Origin: Adineta vaga
Lineage: Eukaryota > Animalia > Rotifera
Assembly: GCA_021613535.1 (NCBI GenBank)
Contig: CP075492.1
Location: forward strand, 16,740,001 to 16,804,000
Length of the DNA: 64,000 nt
Reading direction: 5' to 3'
Of the stretch, positions 1 through 12,328 are shown one piece after another; the stretch's first letter is position 1; each line of letters opens with the position of its first letter. The notes under the pieces are model-generated. The model was not told the origin of the DNA. It made no database searches and saw only the letters and a list, made by a program, of their open reading frames with translations. Both the position numbers and the translations under genes were made by a program.

Positions 1-1847
1 CAACAACATCATCCTTACCTTCAAGAACAACAACAACACAATGTAAGAAAATCTTCTTGAAGTTGAAATGAAAAGTTGTTTTTTTTCTTTGAACAGCTAA
101 TTCATTGTCACAATGTGATATACCCATATGGTCATCAAATGGAATAACAGTAGCTGGTTCACCTCTGGGTGATCGAGATTCAGATTCTTTTCACTTGTAT
201 TATCCATATGATATTTTGCTTGATTCCAATGACACACTTTACGTGTTAGATAGTACTAACCTTCGTGTACAATTATTTTATCCAAATCAACTATCAGGAA
301 TAACAATTATAAATGCAACCAAAGGAACTGGTTCCAATCAATTTTCTTATAGTAAATATTATTTTTGTTCTTCTTTTTGCAATTAAACTATTTGTTTTCT
401 GTAGTGGATGCCTTTGCTATTAGTTCTGATGGAAGTATTTATATTCTTGATGAGACAAATAGTCGTCTACTAAAATTTCCTTCTGGATCATCAAATGGAA
501 CAATTGTGGCTGGTGGAAATGGCCGAGGCAGCGCATTAAATAAACTAAATTATCCATACGGATTTTTTCTTGAACCAATAACATTATATATTTGGATTGC
601 TGATACAAGTAATTGTCGTATTGTTAAATGGATGTCATCAACAAATGTAACGTTAGTTGCTGGTGCTTCATGTGGCTCAAAAGCAAATCAATTTAAATAT
701 CCTAGTGATGTATTTGTTGATGTCGATGATTCATATACGATGTATGTTGCTGACACGGATAATTTTCGAATTCAAAGATGGTTTCAAGGTGCAATGAATG
801 GAACAACTGTTGCAGGACAATCAACTGTGGAAGGAAGTGGATTAAATCAATTATCATATCCAGCAGGAATAGTTTTAGATAAAAATAAAATAATGTACAT
901 TTCTGATGCTGGTAATAATCGAATATTACGATGGGTTATTGGAGCAAATTATGGTTCGATCATCGCAGGAACAGATTCATGTGGAAATTTACCTTATCAA
1001 TTAAATTATCCACAACGTTTTCGATTTGATTCAAAAGGAAATTTGTATGTTGCTGATAATAATAATCATCGAGTTCAAAAATTTTCATTAATTTGTTGTA
1101 AGTCTAATGAAATGATTTATTTCTTTCTGAAAACGAATTATCTTTTAGCTCCAACAATGGTAGGCATAACATCAACTATTGATACTTCTAATCCAAGTAA
1201 AATAAATTTCGTTTTCTAAATTAAACTTCATATATTTTAATTAAATTTTAGTTTCAACAACAATAATATCTAATCAAACATCGACAAGCAATTCACCATC
1301 AACAAGTAATAAGATTTAGTAGGAATAAAAGAATCAAGATAATTTGTTTTTACAATTAGCTTTAATAGCAAATTCAACAAGAATGACAACATTATCTACA
1401 ACAGTAATGCCAACTGTTCTTCAAACATCAATGGCTACATCCATGATCTCGTCAACAACACTTATCACAACATCCATCACACCATCAAGAACAACATCAA
1501 TGACTACATCCATGACGCCATCAACAACACTGATCACAACATCCATCACACCATCAAGAACAACATCAATGACTACATCCATGACGCCATCAACAACACT
1601 GATCACAACATCCATCACACCATCAAGAACAACATCAATGTCAACGGTTCTTCAAACATCAATGACTGCATCCATGACCTCGTCCATAACACCCATCACA
1701 TCATCAAGAACAACATCAATAACAACTTCGATAAACTCTGCAAATCCATCATCACCAGGTCAATCATCTTCATCATTGTCATTATTCGATTATTTTTATT
1801 TCAAAATATTTATAATAATTATACTTATTTCTCGGCTAAACAATTAA
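1..1847 (+). CDS. NHL-repeat beta-propeller protein with Ser/Thr mucin-like stalks and hydrophobic C-terminus (5' end lies outside the window; multi-exon)
   Basis: NHL motifs (LYVADxxNHRVQKF, GTTVAG, L(N/S)YP) in ORFs 105-386 and 365-1219. GT-AG introns at about 43-96, 352-404, 1098-1148, 1197-1251 and 1306-1359/1368. Thr-rich last exon ends in a hydrophobic tail (possible GPI anchor or TM). Confidence 0.85.
1425..1640 (+). repeat. 69-bp coding tandem repeat, 3 copies (TSMTTSMTPSTTLITTSITPSRT)
   Basis: Three near-identical 23-aa units inside the mucin exon. Confidence 0.9.
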
Positions 1848-2282
1848 ATTCTTTTATTCTGACACAATTGGCTTTTCTAATGCTTTCATTGTTCACATAT
1901 AATTATTTATCTGATTTGCTTTTTGTTCGAGTCAAATAAATCATCGCTTTCTATGCCTTAATTCGATCATTCACCATAATTGCTCAACAAATCTAAATTT
2001 GGAAAGATAGGAACGAAATCATATAGTTAACAATTTCAACAGAGATGCGTAAATACAAGTACAAATTGTACTATGAATTTATATAAAGCCTACATAAACC
2101 AGTTATTCCATTTCATAATTATATATACTGAACTCTCTGAAACTTGACTCTTGTAGATAATATTCACTTTACACCATTCTGTGACCGATTCCGTTCATCA
2201 CTATTCTTTATCGCGTCCATGTTTGATGAAATATAGTATCTGACATCAATAAGAGTACGTGAAATATTTTTATTAAAATCTT

Positions 2283-2330
2283 GAGGGTGGGTGTGATTTT
2301 GATGAATAAATCTATCACAACCGCACCCTC
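2283..2330. repeat. Telomere-type inverted-repeat element
   Basis: gagggtgggtgtga-N-tcacaaccgcaccctc. Confidence 0.75.
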
Positions 2331-3054
2331 TTGTTTGATTTTAATATTTAATTCAATAAATAAAGTGTTTCTCGTGCTGCAATATATCCCGAAAGAAACC
2401 GTCTTTAAAAAAAGGATAAAATTATAAAGAATAATACTTTTGATTTAATTATTTATTTATTGAAAAGGAAACTTATTTTTAAACAATAAAAATAGAAAAT
2501 ATGTTCATTATCTTTTCTTTTTTCTGAATATCTTTATGTTTAATGTAAATAATAATAATCCAAAAAAGAAATCTTTATGAACATTCGTTATAATTACACC
2601 CTTCATCGTTTCTATTATTTATTCATTCAAAATAAATTAAAACAATGTTTTTTTTCTTCATCAAAATCATGTGACTTGTCTTCATGTGACTACTCCTTTC
2701 TTGGAATTTGTAATTTTTCAAGTTTTTAATTAGTTTCTTCTTCTTACGTCATTACTGTTTTATTTAGTTAATCGATTGTTGAAAATAACTTCTTCTAACG
2801 CGTGCGCATTATAAAAGAGAAAGTCATTTTGCTTGGTAATGAGAACATTTCAAGTCTTTTGCATGGGAATAGATATAAAGACAGTATAACCATTTATTGA
2901 GTACTTGAAAATAAGAAAAGCGAAAGTAATTTTCTAGAACATTAGTTCATTGAGAGAAGAAAAAGAAGTGATATAAAAGAAAATATGTTTAAAGTTCAGT
3001 TTTAAATATTCTACATATCTTTTCATTGAATAAGTTGGAATTTTATCGATATAA

Positions 3055-4164
3055 ATGCTTTCGATACGAATATTAGTATTATTTTTGATTGCTATTCTTA
3101 AACAATCAATTGCACAAAATATTCGATCATTTCAAATGTCTATTATGAATAAACAACAATTTCAATGTGTTACAACAACTTGTTTACCATATGCGACTAC
3201 TCCGGTATCAAATATTTTTCAATGTCAAACACAATGTTTAGCACAAGATCAATGCAAAGCTGTTAGTTTTATTCAACTAAATTCTACTTGTCAATTGTTT
3301 GATGATACACCAGATCAAAACATTCTTTTGATAGGAGATATGGATACTGTTGCTATGATAGTTATACTTGGATCAGGAATGGTTTCTAGTGAGTAAAAAT
3401 ATAAAATATATTGAAAGAAAGTATAAGAAGTTATGCCATGTCACATTTCATATATTTATTATCTGAACCATGGATATTTAATACAATCAATGGTATCAGG
3501 AACTAATTTCATATGTTGCACAGAATTATTCTATTAGTCTCCTAATTCTATCACTATTTTCATAGCAGTAAATTGATATTTTGTCGATAATTAAGTTGAA
3601 GTATAAAATACTCTATATTCCATTTATATTTTATTTTTATTTCATAAAATGAAGAATCAACCCCCACATCAACTTTAATTTCAACATCAGCAGAGACAAC
3701 CTCCACATTCACAACATCAACATCAACAACTTCATCCTCAACTGCAACAACAACAACATCAACCTCAATATTAAGCTCAGCATCAACAACTTCATCCTCA
3801 ACAACAACAACAACAGCAACAACAACATCAACAACTGCAACATCAACAACAACTGCAACTACAACGGTAACAACAACAACAACAACAACATCAACAACAT
3901 CAACAACAACTGCAACTACAACGGTAACAACAACAACAACAACAACAACATCAACAACTGCAACATCAACAACATCATCCTCAACAACAACAACAACAGC
4001 AACAACAACATCAACAACTGCAACATCAACAACTGCAACATCAACAACAACTGCAACTACAACGGTAACAACAACAACAACAACATCAACAACAACTGCA
4101 ACTACAACGGTAACAACAACAACATCAACAACTGCAACATCAACAACATCAACAACTTCATCCT

Positions 4165-4216
<52 letters not shown>

Positions 4217-5761
4217 AACAACGGTAACAACAACATCAACAACATCTACTTCAACTGCAACATCTACTTCAACTTCAACTTCTACAACAATGGCAACAAC
4301 AACAGCAACTAGAGGTATGTAACAAATTAAATAATTATTATTTTGTACATATTTAGAAAGCATTTAATCATGTAGATTCGAAAAAGTCTTCGAGAAAAGA
4401 AAATTTTTGTACATATACATCACTCAGTTAAAAAGTTATTTCCTATATTTGCAACGAATTCAATGATTTATTTAAACATTGCAGAAAATCTGTGAAATTT
4501 TTATAGATAGATTCCATCAGTGGTCGAAACTTTTCTAGAGATATTTTATGAGAAAATCACCTGAATTGATTCGTTACATTAAGAAAAACATAAACAGATA
4601 TAAAAATCTCCGGATGACTATGTATTGGGGGTGTGGGTGTGGGCGAGTTAGTCGTCTCTCTACATCCACACCCTAATTTTTTTAAATGACATTAGTTCAT
4701 TTATCTACATTTTTAATACGAACAAAAACGAATATATATTTGTTTAATTTTGTTTGTGTCTTTTAGTATGGAGAACTACAGAAAGTATGAATACTACACG
4801 AGCATATCACACAGCATCGGTCTTAAAAAATGGAACAGTATTAGTGATAGGCGGAATGAATGATATTAGTGTTTTAAAGAGTGCTGAATTATATAATCCA
4901 TTAGCAGGTATCTGGTCAAAAGTAGGAGATATGAACTTTATACGAAGGTCTCACAGAGCATCCATCCTGTTAAATGGAACTGTGTTAGTCACAGGTGGAT
5001 GTGATAGTGTTACTCATTTAAATAGTGCTGAACTATACAATCCATCAACAGGTACTTGGACTGTGACAGGAAGTATGAATATGATACGAAGCTTTCACGC
5101 AGCAAATGTCTTAGGAAATGGAAAAGTGTTAGTTGCAGGTGGATATAATGGTTTGACGTTTCTAAACAGTGCTGAATTATACGATCCAGTAACAGGTACT
5201 TGGACTATAACAAGTAATATGAGCACTCCACGAAGATTGCCCGCATCATCTATTTTAACAAATGAAACAGTGTTAGTGATAGGTGGATTTAGTGGTAGTG
5301 ATTTTTTAAATAGTGCTGATTTGTATAATACATCAACAGGTACGTGGACACCAACAGGAAATATGAGTAGTGCACGAGGACTTCATACAGCAACGATTTT
5401 ACTCAATGGTTTTGTGTTAGTGGCAGGTGGAAGGAATAGTAGTAGTTATCTGAGCAGTACTGAATTATATAATCCATTAAAAGGCACTTGGAATATAACA
5501 GGTAGCATGAATAATGCACGAGGAAGCCACCTAGCATCCATTCTACCAAGTGGAAAGGTAATCGTTACAGGTGGAACTGATGGTACTATTATCCAGAATA
5601 GTGCTGAATTATATGATCCATCGACCGGTATTTGGACAACCATAGCAAATATGAATATTTCTCGAACAATTCACACAGCATCCGTCTTAGCTAATGGAAC
5701 TCTATTAGTCGCAGGTGGACAATATGATGGGGGTTATCTTAACAGTGTTGAATTATACTAA
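3055..5761 (+). CDS. Secreted PAN/apple-like domain + Thr-rich stalk + Kelch beta-propeller protein (about 3 exons)
   Basis: Exon 1 has a signal peptide and CxxxC...CxxxC...C...CQLF. Thr-rich exon about 3655-4314. Intron 4315-4766 (gtatgt...ttttag). Kelch repeats (GKVLVAGG...NSAELYDP..GTW) 4767-5761. Joining of these exons is inferred. Confidence 0.75.
3655..4314 (+). repeat. Low-complexity (ACA)n-rich Thr/Ser coding repeat
   Basis: Degenerate aca/tca/gca/act codon runs with nested duplications. Confidence 0.9.
4625..4676. repeat. Telomere-type inverted-repeat element (inside an inferred intron)
   Basis: ttgggggtgtgggtgtggg-N-tacatccacaccctaa. Confidence 0.75.
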
Positions 5762-6053
5762 TACATAGACCTTCATGGCTTCTTTAACTACTTCGCTTAT
5801 ATCAATAATATTTAATAGAAATAAAAAAAATGTAACATATTTTATTTTTAATCATCTTTCTCTTTGTATTTAGTAACTCAAACATAAATCTAAAGGATAA
5901 TTTATGTTTGTGTTACGAACCAAAGTCAAATAGTAAAGAACAGAATTATTTCAATTGAAATTTATGTTGAATTTTATATTATTGTTAACCATTGGATTCG
6001 TAAAACAATATTTACTTCAACGAATACATTCTGAGCTACCGTGCTGATAAAAA

Positions 6054-6120
6054 TTGAGGGTGTGGGTGTGGGTGAAGGCGAGGGTGAGAAACACACCATC
6101 ACCAACACCCCATCCACCCA
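6054..6120. repeat. Telomere-type inverted-repeat element
   Basis: ttgagggtgtgggtgtgggtg-N-caccaacaccccatccaccca. Confidence 0.7.
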
Positions 6121-6233
6121 TAAAACTTCGAAGTAGAAGATTTTAGCTAATATAGATATCGAAATACTCGAAAAGTTTCTTGTTATTCAACTCTTAAAAG
6201 AACTTTAATCTTTTTTTATTTTGCATAAATTTA

Positions 6234-6923
6234 TTAAATTGTCTGAATAATCGAATGTTTATCCATATCAATTGCTCGTGCCAATATATATGCTAATACC
6301 ACAACAGCCATCTATAAAAAGAAAAGAACCATAATGATTCGATAAGTTCAAGAGAAAATACTTACAGTACAAATAAAACTTGGAATATAGATTAAAACTG
6401 TTATAGCAACAGTTAATGTTGAATAATTTGATAATCTTCTCTTTGTGTTATTTCCATCAGTTGATGAAATGAAAAAAAAAACTAAATAAAGAGCTATTCC
6501 AATACCAATTAGATTAACAACGAATATTCCAATCAGAGCAAACTGAAAATAACAAAATGTATTTAAAGTAATATCTTTGAAATAATTCATCATACTATTC
6601 GTAAACCTTTGATAGAACATCGATGTGTAGCAAAAAATCCAAAACCATAATAAATAATAACGAGAAGAGCAAGAGTAAGTTCAATAGTTCGTCCAATATC
6701 ATATAAATAAGCACCTCTTCCAAAACCAGAAAGTGAAAGAGTTAAAACACAGATTGCAAATATCTTTAATTAAAAACATATTTTTCTTCAGAATTTTTTC
6801 ATTTAAATACAAATTTACCAGAGATAAACCAAGTCCATACATAAGAAATACTTGTAATCGTCGTGTTCGACGATTTTCATTCCGTTGTAATGGTTCCATT
6901 ATAAATGTATGCACATTTTCCAT
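6234..6923 (-). CDS. Small multi-pass (about 4 TM) membrane protein, about 4 exons, function unknown
   Basis: Spliced reading MENVHTF...LGLSL / IFAICVLTLSLSG...GLRI / FALIGIFVV...FICT / MAVVVLAYILARAIDMDKHSIIQTI* with GT-AG boundaries. Confidence 0.6.
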
Positions 6924-7280
6924 TTTCTTGTTTATAATTTCAACTGTCGATTGTAATACGTAAAATCACAATTCTTGTCTCTTTCTTTTTTTTGTTTCGA
7001 AGCGACGGTATGAAGTTTAATTTTTTCAATGCAATGTGTGATCCTGACTCATTTCTTTTTCTTTTTCGATCTAAAAAAAGGCATCGATTGGTAAACAACA
7101 CATTATTCATTCTCTTTGTATTACTTTTGACAATGAAAAATTCAGTAAATAGTTTTTTATGAGGAGGAAGTCAATGTGTAAATAACATATTTATATATGA
7201 ATAATTTCGTATTTTATTGATGAAAATGTCATTTCCGAAAAATTCATTAGAAATTTTTCGTTTCACTGATTCTTCGATCG

Positions 7281-7325
7281 ATGAGGGTGTGGGCGTAAGC
7301 GAAGAAGATATACCCACGCCCTCAT
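7281..7325. repeat. Telomere-type inverted-repeat element
   Basis: atgagggtgtggg-N-cccacgccctcat. Confidence 0.8.
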
Positions 7326-8272
7326 TAAAGACACAAAATCATCTGTTATATATTTTGTATTCCCTGCTCACATTCTTATGTGGTATCAATATTCAGTAAT
7401 ACGAGACGTTTATGTTCAGAATATCGTAATCGAAGATATATAAAACTAGGCGGTTCCGAGTTTCCAATGACAATTAATGCTAATTATCCCTGTGCATAAT
7501 TTGACAAACGTTTTCTATCTCAAATAGACTTGGCAGAACAAAGTCGAACAATAACAAAATATAAATAAGCATATCGACCTAATATTTTGTTTAATTCTTT
7601 TGCTTCGGTAGAGTCTCGTTATCGGGATATTATGCATGTAGTTTGGCCTGGTTCCTTTTCTTTGCGAAGGACCTTTGAGTTTTGTGAAAACGTTGAACTT
7701 CCAGACTTCTCTCTTTTTATTTTATATTAGCTAAGCAAAAAATTCATTGTACTGTCACGTTTTTTATTGATACGAAATTATACAAATAAGCCATAAATGA
7801 ATGAAAAATATTTCAATAGATCATTGAATAACAAGACTAACAAAAAATTGCTTTTCTGATTTTCAACTTTTTCATCTGGTCACCTTGACTGTGACTGTGA
7901 TCAATAATCAAACTGGCAGTTAAGTATTTATTCGCAGAGTTCTTAATTTATCTTTTGTTTCTATTTAAAGAACTTGTATTGATACAAAATCAACTCTTCG
8001 TTCATATTTAGTTATTGTTGAACTGTTGACTTAAAGGAATGAAAAATTTGAGTTAATATTATAAACCTAATGAAGTTGTTATCTTTCTTGCTTCTAGTGA
8101 TAATATTTATATTACTGATATTAAACTATATTTGTTGATGGAAGTTTAGCACAAATTTAAAGCTGACAAGATGTTATTTTTTTTTATTTATTTTAAGTGT
8201 AATACGTTTTACAAGAAAGCAATCACTTAACTACACAACATACATAATTGAATATAAATATATTTTAGTTCG

Positions 8273-9285
8273 TCAATTATTTGCCGGATGTATTCGATTT
8301 GCTGATGTTAGTTCAAAACGACGATTTTGATTTTGAAAATGACAAGAAAATCCAGAACGTAACATGAGCCATAGTTCCTTTCTAAACAGACTTGATGTTA
8401 ATGTATAAATATAAAATGAAATTGCTGGGAAAATGTGACTAAATACAGCAGATATTCCAGATGTAAAATTTTCTATTGCTATTTGATCAGAACTTTTATT
8501 TGGAATATAAGGTGAAATAATATTATTAATATTATAGAGCGTATATGGTAATGTTACAATAAAAAACGCAATAATTTGAGAAAATAACATTCTTAATATT
8601 TGTTGATCACGTTTTAATTGAATTTGCTTGTTCCCATCGATTGTTATCGGCTGATTAAGAACATTTTGACGACGTTTTGTTTTTCCGCTAGATTTTTACG
8701 AATACATACAGCAAATATAATCATTATGGTCAATGGTAGAATAGATATATTTATTAAAGAATAAATGTTAAGAATAGTAATTGCTATGGCATCAAGAGAA
8801 TTATAGCAAGTATTAAATTTTATATCGTAAAAGACGAACATATAAATATGTATAAGTGGTATAATAATAGTAATTGAAGCAATGATTGGATATGCGAATT
8901 TAACATTTGCTAAATTTCTTAAACGTACATTTGAAGATGATAATGCAAAACGATCAAATGAAGCTGCACATAATAAAAAACGGAATATGATAGACGTGAC
9001 ATGAATAACATATGCTCGACATTTACAAAAAGCAACATTAAATGTATTTGGATTGACATAAAAATAAGAATATATTCCTGGAATTGAATACATTAAAAGA
9101 GTAAATAACATTGCAATTGATGCGAATAAGAAATATTTGCAACATGATGTTGTTCGAAATTGTTTTCGAGAAAAAAGAAAAATATTAAGAATGCATCCAA
9201 TTATACCAAATGAAATAAAGAAACAACATAAACCAAATACTATAGGTTTTTGAATCAATGATAATGTAATACTTAATGATGACAT
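8273..9285 (-). pseudogene. Rhodopsin-like orphan GPCR with a single-base frameshift (pseudogene or assembly indel)
   Basis: GxxGCILN, FCKCR, SFDRF and FYIYTL motifs. Adding one A in the run at 8675-8678 joins the two ORFs (...KQKRRQNVLNQP...RDQQILRM). Confidence 0.8.
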
Positions 9286-10011
9286 TCTATATGTCGATTT
9301 AATAGAAATCAAGGGAAAATCTATTTAGTAAGAATCCGTGTTTTCAGTAAGATTATATTTTTTCAAATGAGAAATGTTTGTTATTTAAAGAAATTTTTTC
9401 CCATATAAAAGTAATGAATATTTAATCCTTGACAACTAAAGCCTAAAACTAAATTTATTCGATTAATAAAATGTCGTCATTTCGGTTTACATTATTTCTA
9501 ATTTTGTTTTGCAATCTAAATCACCTTCTAGCAAAATATTAGTGTAAAGAGTTCATAAATAATATTAGAATTTAATTAAAAAGTCGGTGTCAAATTAGAG
9601 TAAAAAATTATTAAGATTATTCATTTTGAATCTGAATGTTTGTGGTAACAAAAAGGAGCGAAACATAAGCTCAAATCATAATATAATCTTTTTTGCGTCG
9701 TTTTCTTGTCTTCGGATAAGTCGTTTCTTTTCCTCTCTTCTTCTTATATATTCTTCGTTTATTCGTCCTCTTACATATCACGCGTTCAGTGCGTGATCTC
9801 GAGGAAGTTTTACTTACTAATTATCTTATTTGGATTGAATTTTAAGTTAATGTATGACTTCGAATTCGAATTCTGTTAGCTTGTTTATCGAGCGACTATC
9901 TTTTATTTATGTATATGAAGAACTGAATGTAAATAACAGAAATGCATGTACTTATAGAGAGAATGAATAAAGAGACGGAGAGAGAGATAGTAAACACTAA
10001 ACCGTTAACAA

Positions 10012-10970
10012 TTTGACATTACAGATTTATACACAATGTTACCGCAAGAAGAATCTCTTAACATACTCATCGAGTTTCTTTTGAAAAATGGTTATCAAAA
10101 AGTGAAAAATGTGCTAATTGATGCGATTCGGAAATTAGCTCGCCTTGTTCTCACGGAGAATCTGTTTACACATGAAAAGAAATTCCATCAACAAGTAGTT
10201 GGTGATGCAATGCGCTCCGCATTCACTTTGACTTTGGCCGATACATTTGCCCTTTTGAATGCTATACTAGTCATTTATCTATCTCATCGTTCTTTACTAT
10301 AGATATATTGATGACATCTTCATTACTTCCAATGAAATATTAGGCAGAGCCAATAAGTTTCATTCAAATATTAAACTGGTACGCCAAGCTGGATAAAGTG
10401 TATCATTTCTTGGTGTTCATGTCGAAAACCAAAATGGTATATTGGTAACATCAGTACAGCTCACTTAAGAGCAGTTCGATATTCATCAACATTATCAATA
10501 TTCGAGAACGAGCGACGATACATTAAATTAATGTTATTATATAACGGGTAAGTTCAGGGCATCAACTTTTAGATCAAATCGCCATCTTGTTCACGATTCT
10601 AGCTATCCGCCACGATTTATTCATATCTTATTCAATAAATTTCTTCTTGAAAACGAAATGAGTCCAAATCTGATCAACAGCATATATATACAAAGATCAT
10701 AAACAACATCTGATAGAAAAGCAAATTCTGCACAAAATCACACTGCTCAATACGACAGTGATCGTCTTTCTAAATGGGACACTAATAGTATACTTCACTA
10801 CACCTATGAAAATCGACTAGCCAACTACAGGAAAACTTCCGACAAACTCCAGTCGTCAGCACACGTCTAATAATAGGAGCCAAAAACAATCCAAATCTGG
10901 TTAAACGACTTGTACGACGAAAACACAACTACCAACATCGCAATCCAAACAAGCAAGAATGAAAAAAAAC
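10012..10970 (+). mobile_element. Degenerate Penelope-like (Athena-type, endonuclease-deficient) retroelement RT relic
   Basis: FDITDLYTMLPQEESL, GxAMxSAFTLTLA, YRYIDDIF, SVSFLGV and LLYNG|YPPRFI with intron 10548-10602. Stops and frameshifts are present and no GIY-YIG domain is visible downstream. Confidence 0.75.
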
Positions 10971-11464
10971 TTTTGTATATATATTTCAAATTCCTATACT
11001 TTTCTTTGTACTACAACAGAAACAAATAAAAATTTACTAATCCATACACATCCTCTTATAGTCTGAAGCCATCTGATGATTTCTTTAGCCGAAATAAAAT
11101 CGCTATAATGGCATACTTTCACTCTAAATAAATTATTGCTCATATAAATAAAAGTCATTATAAATGAACAACAGCGATTGCTCCTTAAATGTATATTTCC
11201 GAAAGACTTATATTTAATTGAGCAATAAAAATATTGGAATGAGCAATAGTGTATTGAATGAACAATATATATAATGAATGCACGATAATTATACTGAATG
11301 AGGGACAAGTAGATGGATAACAATAATTATTTTAAATAGAACAATATGCGTATAAAAAGAGAAATAATAATCCGTTCATTTAATACAATTGGCTCAATTG
11401 AAACGTGTAGCAGACTATATTTCTGATTCTGAAAATGACATGGAAATGCAACCTTCGAGTAATG

Positions 11465-11543
11465 TTGAGGATGAGGGTGTAGGTGTGGGTGTGAGGGTAT
11501 GGGTGGGTCTGAATGTAACAAAGACACCCACACCCACACCCTG
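11465..11543. repeat. Telomere-type inverted-repeat element (longest G-arm in the window)
   Basis: tgagggtgtaggtgtgggtgtgagggtatgggtggg-N-cacccacacccacaccct. Confidence 0.85.
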
Positions 11544-12328
11544 ACCTTTTTTGCACAAAAAGAAATTTTCCTATAAGGATTGACTGAAGAGTTTTTGTGG
11601 ACGGAAAACTCGAATCTAACGTCGATTTAGAGAGTGATACTTCAGAATATGGATTTGAATGATTTTCACGTGCTTTGAACGTTTCTTCGGAAGGACTTAG
11701 CTGATGATCTACGAGAACGAATCCGACAAAGTTCTGTTTTCTTAGTAAATGAAAAGCAGAATGAAACCTACACTAGAAAGGAAAATAAATACGGGTAGTG
11801 CATTTCTGAGAAATATCAAGCGGTCAGATCCATAAATATTTACAAACAGTACTTTTTTTGCTTTTCTCTTTTGATAAATGATTCAATGATATTCTAAAAT
11901 GGTGAAAAGATGAAGAGCACTTTCGAAAAACTTTTATGTAAAAAGTTTGCTTGAACCGTGATCCGCAGTCAAGCCCAGGCCCAGCTTGAGGGCTTTACTG
12001 AGCGCTCTTATCGTTATTTCAGAAAAGGGTCAGCGAATCCATAGGATGAGCGTTACTTATATATATTTCATTTCTCTTTTTGTTTCTTGCCAATTGTAAA
12101 GAAAAATAATGTAGTTTTTTCTTTTTTTTGTTGCTTAAATATGAAATTAACACTGTTATGTATTAAACTATTTATTGCTCATTTAATATTATAAAATTGC
12201 TCAAACAATGTTTTCTTATTGCACGAAAGTTACTGCTAAATTATGTTTCAATTATTGCTCATTCTAATATTTTTATTGTTCAGATAAATACAAGCCTTTC
12301 CGAAAGCTGGATACTAGCTCCCGTTCTA

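Noticed and set aside
3560-4363. 267-aa Val/Asp-rich minus-strand ORF (and the similar one at 1421-1618)
   Set aside because: Antisense shadow of Thr-rich (ACA)n coding exons on the plus strand.
10994-11539. ORFs 10994-11323 and 11327-11539
   Set aside because: No homology cues. The second merely translates the telomere-type element (PHPH/WVWV).
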